Made by a program: the position numbers and the translations under genes. A stretch of DNA of 64,000 nucleotides from Klebsormidium nitens (Eukaryota; Plantae; Klebsormidiophyceae). Under the pieces are notes generated by a model that had not been told where the DNA came from, made no database searches, and was given only the letters and a program-made list of their open reading frames with translations. Below, piece by piece: positions 1 through 9,800 of this stretch (position 1 is the first letter of the stretch; each line of letters opens with the position of its first letter). Where the stretch lies: the NCBI GenBank assembly GCA_000708835.1, contig DF236975.1, positions 1 to 64,000 of the forward strand, given 5' to 3'.

Positions 1-645
1 AATCATCTTGAACGGTGGCAAAGGCTTTATAAGAGCCGATCCATCCAGGACATTAAATCGACTGATTAGACAGCCCACAGAGCGTCGTTTAAGACGTAAC
101 CCCTGTTGTTTCGTTAACCTGACCGTTAACGAGAACCTGACGAGAACTAGACCGGGATCGGTCAGCTGTAATCGTCACAGAAGAGCAGCGAGCTGCGGCG
201 GGCTCCAAAGTTGCTCGGGACAGAGCCGGGGGCGGAGGTGGTGCAGTGCCGCCCTGTGCATGTGCGAGATGGCCATCAATACGTACAAAGCCGGAGGGAA
301 CGAGATATTGGGGATTGTGTGCGACTAGGCCAACTTTTTGCTGAAGCTGACAAGCCGTTCCCACTAAGCTAAGGGTGTACGACCACGCCACCCACTTTCC
401 ACAATAACCAATAGAGCGTACCCACTCTGGGCTATTGAGATCCTATAAAAGGATTAGCAATCACTGGGTACACACCCTGTGCGGAGCCTGGGACCGTCAG
501 CTAGACCACCAAAAACAGCGTGTACCCACTAGCACGCATTAGAATCTCATTAAAAAATTGGCCGGCAGTACGGTACGCAGTGCTTCATCATCTTGGCGAG
601 CTTTCTGAGTCGTGTACCTAAACGAGAACCTGCGCCACCTGACAC

Positions 646-1275
646 TTACAGCGAGAAATGCTTCGAGCAGAGGATCCTAGTCCCGCGCGACAATTGTGCT
701 AGCGTTGGCGGGCCCTGCACCGGCTGAGGAGGGGCGTGTGGGAGAGGGGGAGCTTGCCAAGGGCGAGGCCCGGGGAATACCCCATAGTAAAGTTTCTTGC
801 TGGTAGGTTTGCAAATCATAGTGAACAGGACGTGGGTTCCACAAGCAGCCTTTGAAACACAAAGCCTAATGAACTCTTTGTTAGCAGCCCAAGCTGTGTG
901 ACTGGATCTCGGCGCCGCGCTCAGCAGATCAAACTTTAGGCTGCAGCATTTCAACTCGCTACTTCTTCCAAGAGGACGTTCAGCCTTCTGCTTCTCCCTC
1001 AAGTCAGCCTTGCTGGGCGCAGTGAAGGGCTGACCTTGGGGAGTCCTGCAGAAAAACTGTGGCTCCACTTTCGGGCCCCTTACCCTCTTGCCCTGCCGGC
1101 GGCGAGGGGCAGGTATGCCATCGCTCCGCGCATCGACAGCAGCGGTCAGAATCTCTTGCCTTTCTGCACTGATTGAGATGCGCTCCCTGTACTCTGCAGC
1201 GCGTGCAAAGCGCACAGCCTGGCAGACCCTGTGATCAAACTTGGACCTGCCACAAGGCCGGCTTCTCGCCTTTCT
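646..1275 (-). CDS. Exon of hypothetical leader protein, paralog A (gene probably continues off the left edge)
   Basis: Frame reads ARSRPCGRSKFDHRVCQAVRFARAAEYRERISISAERQEILTAAVDARSDGIPAPRRR, nearly identical to the ORF at 8637..9176. A GTAAGT donor lies at ~650. The ATG of the paralog is AAG here. Confidence 0.4.
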   Translation of the reverse strand, partial: RKARSRPCGRSKFDHRVCQAVRFARAAEYRERISISAERQEILTAAVDARSDGIPAPRRRQGKRVRGPKVEPQFFCRTPQGQPFTAPSKADLREKQKAERPLGRSSELKCCSLKFDLLSAAPRSSHTAWAANKEFIRLCVSKAACGTHVLFTMICKPTSKKLYYGVFPGPRPWQAPPLPHAPPQPVQGPPTLAQLSRGTRILCSKHFSL

Positions 1276-1812
1276 CTATGAAATGTCAACTCCGCCAGTA
1301 CTCACAGCAGCAATAGACAAAAGGCCAGGACTGAAATACTCACCGCAGTTGAAGCTCGATTCGAATAGGAGCAGTACGCTCACGGCTTCAAGACAATTCT
1401 GAAGCAATGAAAAGCAAATTGTCTGCCACAGAAGCTTGCAGCCCTAAATACATGCTCAAAGAAGCATATATCCTGCAGACTTTAGTGCACACTCCTCCTG
1501 CTCTCTTCTGCCACGCTTGCTGCTGTCAGGAATCCCTCAGATTGAAGGAAGAGTTCGACAGAACACACATGCAAGTGAAAGCTGTGGCTAATACCTGAGG
1601 ACTCAGGGACCCCTTGCGTCATGCTGAAGTAGCTGCCATAAGCAAAAGCATTGCAGCCTGCAGTACTTCTGACAAATGGTCAAAGCAAGCTCCTTTAATA
1701 GCTCAGGGACGGGGGCGACCTTGCAGCTCCGCCCAAAAGAGTTTGTTGTGTGCGAAGTCGCTGCCTATGTTGTACTTTTGGCAGCTGGCTGGAGACTAGA
1801 AGTGGCAGCTTT
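1095..1812. repeat. Diverged direct repeat, copy A (paralogous to ~8998..9800)
   Basis: Colinear shared blocks, e.g. CGGCGGCGAGGGGCAGG..CATCGCTCCGCGCAT, AAGCTTGCAGCCC, GCAAGTGAAAGCTGT, GCTGGAGACTAG.AGTGGCAGCT. Confidence 0.85.
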
Positions 1813-2051
1813 CGTGTTTTGGAGACCAGGGTCCGAGTATGGTTTAAGACGGTCCAATCCGGTTCGTTACCGAAACCACGTGACCGTTCGTGAAGTCCGA
1901 CTTGGACTGGCAATGGCGTGCATGCGGCCATAATCCTCGGACCTTGCCCAGGTGCCTGGTAGACGACACCACTGGTAGGCTGCATGACCGGGTGGCTTGC
2001 TTTGCGAGGGCACTCTATATACACCACGGCGCGCTAAACAGCGAAGTCCGC

Positions 2052-2147
2052 CTCGGGGTAGCTCGGTTAGTTCGAGCGTCGTGCTTCCCGCAGCACACTA
2101 AAAAGGGTATGTAAGTGCGTGGGTTCGATACTCGAATCCGCCACCAT
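2052..2147 (+). other. Degenerate tRNA-like relic (Pol III A-box/B-box-like)
   Basis: TAGCTCGGTTAG at 2059, GTGCT/AGCAC hairpin, GGTTCGATACT at 2122, ends GCCACCA. No acceptor stem found. Confidence 0.25.
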
Positions 2148-2767
2148 CCGTTGCGGAGGGGCGACCCTTCCGTTTGTCGGTGTGCTTGAAAGCTTGTCCG
2201 AACCGGCATAGATGGCCTCCGAGTTCTCCATCAATTGCAACACGTATTTGTGCAAAAGAGCGCACGACAATGTCAAGACACGAAGTGCACCAACTCCTCT
2301 ACATGAGAAGGCTCGGAGGCCATACGTACCTTTCTACTCCTAGGTACAAAATGGCAAGCAATTTGCACCGATCAAATCTGAGCTTGAACGGCTGTGAGGT
2401 CCATCTCGATACCTCCATTGCCCTAAATATGCAGGGGGCATGGTTCTCTGCATGGTCAGCAGACATCGTGCTGCGAGCACTGTAAATTGCAGAGCGCATG
2501 GCAGGGATTCAATGATTGACAGCTTGCGATCCGACTTGCCCGCGATTCTCCAAAGTGGCGACCGACACTCATCACTTAGGGTTGCTTGAAAACGAACTTT
2601 TCCTGTCACACTACCGAAGGTTGCTCCACCTGGCACATAAATGGCGCAAGAAGCCCAAAAGCCCGCAAAATCTGACTCGTATCGGCTCTGCCTCTTCATT
2701 GCCAAATCTTGATGAACACTTGAGGTAAAGGGGCGCAAACGTTCGAAGTCCTGCCACACATGAGTCG

Positions 2768-5700
2768 TCATCTTCGACCCATGAGAAAAATTGGGTGCTC
2801 TTGGTTGTTACCATAATCTACAATAGCCTTTTCGTACTTGGAATCGAAAAAAACGTGGCATACCCCTGGACCCCTTGCCTTTCTTGGCTTCCCGGTCTTG
2901 TGGTTACGCAGGTCCACCACAACCCACGCGTCAATCTGATTGCCCAGGACCATAGGATGATAACGCCCATTTGGTAGAAACCTGCACAATGACCAGCATC
3001 CGAGTTGATGCACTTGTTTAGATCTTGAAGAGCAGCATCTCTTGCAGCTTGTGATGCATGTTCAACAGCGAGATGTGGGCATAAGGGGCAAATGCGGCTA
3101 AGCAGACCAGCCCTGCCATCCTGAAACATGATGGCATACGCTCTTCGTGCTTGCAACTGTCGAACCATTGCTTCACAAGGTTGCGAAGCATCACAAAGAC
3201 CAATTGAAGATGACGCCAGCCCTCATTTGCGCACCTGTTTAGATGCTCCCTCAGGTCCCTGCCATCGATGAGCAACTCGAATGCCCATTTCCACCCCATC
3301 CCATGCAGAACGAAATCCACATACGCCTCCAACCCGTAGATCTTGCCGACTGTTGGGGAGAAGTAAGCACCCTCCGGAAGCAAACTCGTCACCGCCCTGT
3401 TTCAGAGGAAATGTTGTTGGCTCGATTGGGGCATGGCTCTAATGCATTGAGGCGACCAGGCCGAACTCTGCGGATTGCCCCATCTGCATGATCTTCCATT
3501 TGCTGACTGAAGGCTGACAGCACTGCCCGAATGGCAAAACTAACAAGGATAGTTGGGGAGGAGTTGAGGCTACCCAATCTGAACACCGTTCGATGTGTTG
3601 GCTGATTGAAGACTAGCAGCACTGACCGAACAGATTTCGATGCACTTCACGAGTGATCACAGGACACTCACGAGTACAGCTCGAATTGGAAGTGCGACTC
3701 GAGCACACCCCCTACTACACCGCCCCTCGTGCTGAGATTCAGGCTGTTCTGGAGCATGGGCGGCTGCATCTTAGACAGGGCCTCCTCCAAAAAGGCCTCC
3801 AGGGATTGCGGCATCTGCTTGGGGGTGCCCCACACCCTCCTGGCCAGATTGTAGCGGTAGAATTCCATGTGCAATCCGCTCGTGAAGGACACGCTATCCT
3901 TTTCTAGGAGAAGGTACCCCGACTTGGCGAAATCCTCTGCCTTGTCAGCCAGCCCCGGGGCGCTGCGCCGCACCGCCTCCAAAGATTCCTACAGAGTGAG
4001 AACGTATAGGTGAGACGCTCTAAGTCGGCAGAATGGGCACTGGCTCAGATTCTTGAGCACACAATATGGACGAAAGCACCACAACGCTGGACAGGAAGGA
4101 CGCCGACACCCACCTGACCCCGAGACGCTAAGAGGCGGCTGATCAAGTTGAGCGCCTCGCGGTCCTTCACCAGCTCGCTTACGCTGAAAAAGGATACACG
4201 GGGTTAGGCGCCGCCACTGACTACATGCGTAGACTTGTGGAGCTTCAAAAACGTGACCCTATGAAGAAAGCGCGAGAAGCCAGTGCACGAGCCTAAATGC
4301 ATGCATGCAAGAGGTTTACGATGCTGCTTGAACACTTTTCACGTGGAAGCATGGGCCTGCGAACGAATAAGGGCACAACAAGATTGCCCGAATTCCTCAC
4401 GGAGGGAAGGACCGAGTTCCAGAGAGAGAATCGAGCAATCTTGGGGACGCTACGAAGTCCACCGCCTTTGCGGCCCATTCCGCGGCCCTCCCTGCAAAGT
4501 TGGACGGTGAATGGCCCTTGAGGAGGTCCAGCACGTGAAGAACACTGCCCGGGTGCCGCTCCGTTGTTGCCTCGATGACGTCACCAAGCGTCCGAAGCTG
4601 GCCCTTGTCACCGGCAAAGCCGATGTTGTGAAGAAAGGACTCAATGACCTGCTCGTACTCTTCCATAGTAAATTGAACGGCTGGCTCCGGGGAGTTGCTA
4701 TCTGCTGGGGTTGCGAAGCCAAGCCGAAGCCTGTAGTAAGGAAGAGCATATGATCGGAAGCCGTCAATTGCCTTCATCCTCTTCTGGAGAGGCTCAGCTC
4801 AACTTCAGGGCCAGATCCAGTCCAAAGCTTCCAGATACGTCAGACTGCAAAATCAGTCTGTGAAATCACAGGTACGGGCTGGCATACGAATATTGTTAAA
4901 AGCGAGCTCCTGAGGACACACAAGCTGGTCTAGTATACTCTGATCCCGGCATCATCCTTCGGGGGACATCAAAAAAGTATAAGAATCAGGGATAGGGTCT
5001 TTGTTTCTTCGACCTTTTGACAATCTATCAACTGCACAAAGCTTGACGCTTTCGACACTTCCTAGTATTGGGGAAACTCTGCTCCAAAAATGACGGCAAC
5101 TGTGCTTAGGCGGGAAGGTACATTTAATGGCACCTCAAACAAACAAGGGCGCCCACGATCAGCTAGAGCCAATGTCGTCATGCTCACCGGAGAGGGATCC
5201 TTTGATCGTCGGAGAAAGAGATGGGAGTACTTGGCAGTCCGGTAGCAGAAGGGTTCGAGCCTCGCGATGCAGACAGAATGATGTTCACTCTGCCTTGACG
5301 TGCCCCGCCAGGCTTGAACCGCGCCCCAATGTCCTTGGCGAGCGGCCAGAGGAGCGCGTGTCCCGGCCCCGGAGAGTAAAGATTTTGTACCTCATCAAAG
5401 ATCAGCAGCTTCTTTCTGAGAGGGGGCAGAGTAGCGCTTGAGCTTGCAGAGGGTCTACCTGCCTGCTTGTCCGGGCTATTTGCTGGAGACTTTGACGCCT
5501 CTGCAAAAGTAACTCCAGCTTGATCATAGAAGACCTCATCAAATGTCTGACCACCACTGCCGACGCGCGCGCAATTCACGTAGTAGACACTCTCATAGAC
5601 TGCGCTCCTCTCGGCCTCTTCATAAACAAGCTGACACAGTGACGTTTTTCCCGAGCAAGGGCTTCCTGCTAAGATTAAGACGCCCTTCTCCTGAACGCGA

Positions 5701-8401
5701 TGCAGAATTTTATGGCACGTTTCGACACGGGGTGTGAAGAAACCCCCCTTCCGTCGTTGGTTGATCCCCTCGCTCTCAGCCCCCACCAGGGGCACAAATG
5801 TGTTAAAGCTCGCGCCTGCAAGCACAGGGAGAGTCAATGTGAACAAGGTGCTATGTCACGCCTGAAGTCCCACAGGACAAATTCTACATCAAAGCTGGTG
5901 ATAACCCATGAGAGCTCCGGCACCAGAAAGCTCCGGCACACTGCCAGATTGCAGGCATGCACGATTGCTATTGCATAGGTGTTGAACTTATGAGAGCTTC
6001 CTTCCAAACCAAATCTGTCAGGCCGGGAAGCGGAGGCACTTGCAAAACCCTCCCTCCACCCTTCAAAATGAAGCAACGCCTTGCCTGACAAATGAAACAA
6101 CCTGGGAAGCAGAAGGAGCTACTCCAAACAAGCGCCGGATTGGTGTGCTATGGATCGACATAACCACCATGCGAGCAACAACGACTTCCGAAGAAGATAG
6201 ACCATTGCAACATGGGGAAAAGGTGCAGAAAAACATGTGACTCACCAGTTCCTGTGGTGCTCGGACCAGCAGCCGCTGCACAAGGCCAAAACTGAATGTC
6301 AGCACGATTAAAGCAAAGTCCATTGACAAGAAGGCTGCAGAGGATCAGACAACCAGCAGCAATGACATGCTCGAACGCGCTTTAGGCGCAGAATACTCAG
6401 CAGCCAAGACGAGACAAGCCTCCTGTGCCGCACCTGCGCGATGAGCATAGATGTACTGCCTTTGTTGACTCACAGAAAAGCAAGAATCTCGATTCAGTCT
6501 AAAACAGCAAATAGAGTCTGTATGAATGCTTCTGCCGGGCAGACTTCCATAACAAACACCGAGCTCAGGAAGCATGTGCAATCAATTTGGCCCTGACGGG
6601 TGAAACAACTCAGGAAGCAGAGGGAAAATCTCCAAACAGGCACCGCCACACTAGAGGAGTGGTGTGGATCATTGCGTCTACCATCAACCAGAAAGCTCCG
6701 GCGCTTCTGCCCGATTGCAGGCATGCACGATTGCTATTGCATCGGCCTGAGCTCCTGGGACCTCCTTTGGCAGTATATTAAGGAAGTCATCAATTGATTT
6801 TGTACTACCACATCGAACCTTCATGCCTTGAAATATTCATGATTGGGTGCACACAAAGCAGGTTGTAATTACCACAACATCATTTGTGGGACAAGAGTCC
6901 AAGTAGAGGAAACTGCTTACTTGGAACTGCTTTGAGAAAGGCATCCCAGCCATCTGCCCACTCCCCTGGACCTTGATACTCGGCTCTCCATCGGGTCAGA
7001 TATTCAATCCTGTCCTTCTCAGGCGTGGATTTCCAGACCGCCAAGTCAAACTCCTTTCGCATCAAGTGGTCCAGCAGCTTGCTTTTGATTCTTGAATCGT
7101 ACTCAAGCCAGCTCTCCCTCGATGCAAGCTGTGGAGGAAAACACTGATGATCAGCACAACAATGTATGGCCGTCTCTTTGGTAGCATCGACGCTAGAAAA
7201 GACAAACCTGCTGCAGTCTTTAAGTGCAGAACTTCCATTGTCCAGGCTCACCTCCTCGGAAGAAGGGCCAGGGTTTGGTTCGACACCGCCAATGTTCAAA
7301 AGCGTTGCTGCACAGGAGGATGACACGGTCAGATGCTGCATATGCGACCTGCTGGCTTCATCCATAAAGCAATCAGAAAAATCCAGGACAAATTGACAGA
7401 AAGGTGGTATTGAGACGAGCCCAAGAGCTCTTCACGTGTTTGCACGTTCAGATGAAGCCCTGCTGCTTCCTAACATACTGCAGATCCACAGTTGCTATCA
7501 AAGTGCCTTACCTATCAGCAACTGGCTCATGGGCATGGAAGCCCGAACCCCCTTTTTTTGAGAATCGTTCCAAGCTGCAGAGGAAAACAGCGAAAGTTGG
7601 ATTGCTTTTCTTCACAATGTGTGTGTTAAATGCACAGCCAAAGATATTATAGTGCATCAGAGGCATGACAGAGACCTCGCTGCCTTGAACTGTTTACAAG
7701 GGAACAACCAACTGGTTTACCAGAACACGCCAACCCAAACTCTAAAACATAAAATGTCAAAGCTCATCATAGTATATGGTCTTGAAGAGCTGCAAAGTTG
7801 GCCGAACCGCGGAAGATGTACCATAGCTTCTCCTTGGTACGCAACTTTTGGTACGCTAGGAACCCCTCCAGATGAACAAAAAAACAGCCATCTGAGCCCA
7901 GCGTCACCAAGCAAGAGAACTCTCTTTTCTTCGCCTTGTTGGGTGACACCTGCCAATGATTCGTGGCTCGAGCATGCAAAATAATGATTGGACCTGTGGC
8001 TTGGTGCTCACCTGCTGACCCTGCCCATGACCAAGGAGGGGCAGATAATCCCAACCCTTTTTTCTCCTGCTTGCATTCATGACAGGCAGAGTTCGCCTTC
8101 CGCAGCATTTCCTCGCGAGCCTGAACCCATGCTGCAATGAGAAAAGGGCACGATCAGTCCAGAGCTGCAGGAGCTGCAGCCATGCCAAGTCCTGCTCGAT
8201 TCAAGGTCAATCTAGCCTCCTTTTGCACACAAGCAGGGTGCGTGCGTCTTCTCTTACCTGCTCGGTCCCTGTCAATATGGAAACAACCCTTTATTGGGCC
8301 GTGCAGCTCGCAGTAGTAATGGATGTTGCCTCCATTCTTGCTTCCCCGGAGCCCCCATTCTGCTGTCAAATTGCTCTCATTGCAAAAGGTAGCATGTGGG
8401 T
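2768..8401 (-). CDS. Leader + 2A-like motif + helical header + P-loop NTPase + Crinkler-type REase-like protein (multi-exon)
   Basis: GT-AG exons with compatible phases: 8401-8258, 8131-8012, (possible extra exon ~7950), 7574-7512, 7307-7252, 7128-6921, 6275-6246, 5815-5188, 4730-4401, 4183-4114, 3988-3672, 3396-3235, 2981-2768 (stop). Walker A GSPCSGKT, Walker B LLIFDEVQ, ERHPG helix motif, ESHFQFELY, YVDFVL..KWAFELL..G.DLREHLNRF, VVVDLR. The 5' end is unresolved. Confidence 0.8.
5922..5976. repeat. ~55-bp intronic direct repeat, second copy at 6687..6742
   Basis: ACCAGAAAGCTCCGGC...CTGCC.GATTGCAGGCATGCACGATTGCTATTGCAT occurs twice. Confidence 0.8.
7264..7290 (-). other. 2A/StopGo-like motif core GGVEPNPGP
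   Basis: Codons GGC GGT GTC GAA CCA AAC CCT GGC CCT lie on a 56-bp micro-exon (7307-7252). Splicing to exon 7574-7512 gives SQLLIATLLNIGGVEPNPGP. Confidence 0.6.
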
Positions 8402-8460
8402 CTGGAAAAGAGACAAAAGGCAAATCATGGAAGCAAGGCCAATCCACCTAACACAAAGAC

Positions 8461-8735
8461 CGGCCGTGCCATCAATTTCAGGAACTCTACAAAAAGTGAC
8501 CTATTGATACTAAGTAAAGAAGCGGCCAGCACTTGGTTTCCTTTCCTGCCATGCCATCAACTTCTGGCACTAAACCAGGAAATGGCCCACTCATATCTCA
8601 AGAGATAACCGGCCATTTCTTGGCACACTTCCTACTTCACCTTCTTGCGCCCTTCTCATGTTTCAGGGCACGCCCAGCCATGCCTACAACTTCTGGCTTT
8701 GTACCAGGGAATGATCCTTTGAAGTCTCCGACTTG
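8461..8735 (-). repeat. Three degenerate ~50-bp repeats (FPG..PEV.GMAG-like peptide)
   Basis: Translate as GSFPGTKPEVVGMAG, GPFPGLVPEVDGMAG and FCRVPEIDGTAG. Confidence 0.55.
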
Positions 8736-8763
8736 AAGAAATAAGTGGTCAAAATCTGGTACA

Positions 8764-9176
8764 CTTACATGCGCACAGCCAGCCATTCTGCTGGTCGATG
8801 CTGATGAAACATCATCAATCCAATGTTTCAAACAAGAAGAAGCAAACCCACCACGTTCCGCAGCGCAATTCACAGCTTCTCTGAGCGCTCGAGCATCCTG
8901 CCGCTGTGCTTTCCGATCCGCAGCGCTGCAGCGTCCGCGTGCTGGAACCTCTCGAGCAGTCTGCCCCTCATGCTTTGATTCCTTCGATCTTTGACACCGC
9001 CGGCGGCGAGGGGCAGGGATGTCATCGCTCCGCGCATTGACAGCAGCAATCAGAATCTCTTGCCTTTCTGCGCTGATTGAGATGCGCTCCCTATACGCTG
9101 CAGCGCGCGCAAAGCGAGCAGCCTGGCAGACCCAATGATCAGACTTGGTCCGACCACAAGGCCGGCTTCTTGCCAT
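8764..9176 (-). CDS. Probable first coding exon of leader, paralog B
   Basis: ATG at 9176, MARSRPCGRTKSDHWVCQAARFARAAAYRERISISAERQEILIAAVNARSDDIPAPRRR. A GTAAGT donor lies near 8768. I could not resolve the splice phase to exon 8401. Confidence 0.45.
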
Positions 9177-9800
9177 GATCTTTCAAGCGCCAGCTCCGCC
9201 AGTGATCACAGCTGCAAGCACACAAAAAACCAGGTCTAAATTGCCTACAGCAACTAAAGCTCAATCCAGCTCAGAGCAGACCCACAGCTTCAGGACAGAG
9301 CACAGGTACGGAAGCAAAGCACAGCAGGCTTTCTGCCCCAAAAGCTTGCAGCCCCAGAAACGTGCTGAACGAAACACCTACTCTCCAGAAGAGACTTGCA
9401 CAATGTTTGTGCCTTCTCCTGCAATGCTTGTAGCTGCCAAGGGACCCACAGATTAAGCTGATTGTATCAAAGTAAGGAATCTCTCAAGCATCGCATGCAA
9501 GTGAAAGCTGTAGCAGCGTACCTGACTGGGACCTAGCTGAGGAAACCCTTCCGCCGGGCCGAATTCCCTGCCACAAGTGGCAGCATTGGAGACGCAATCC
9601 TGCTGCACAGAGACAATCGAGAAAAGCGAACTCCAGCCACAGCTCAGCCACACACTCCTTGCCTCTGACTGAATCACAAAGACCTAAACCATTTGCAATC
9701 CAAGGTCAGTCGCTATCCTGCTCTCGCGAGCTTGTGTTTGTTCGAGTTGGCACGATGCTGCTGGCTGCTGGCACAATGCTGGAGACTAGCAGTGGCAGCT
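8998..9800. repeat. Diverged direct repeat, copy B (paralogous to ~1095..1812)
   Basis: Same colinear blocks as copy A. Confidence 0.85.

Noticed and set aside
372-535. Recurring GTACCCACT/GGGTACAC motifs with a 9-bp inverted pair
   Set aside because: Too short, and no TSD or element boundaries found.
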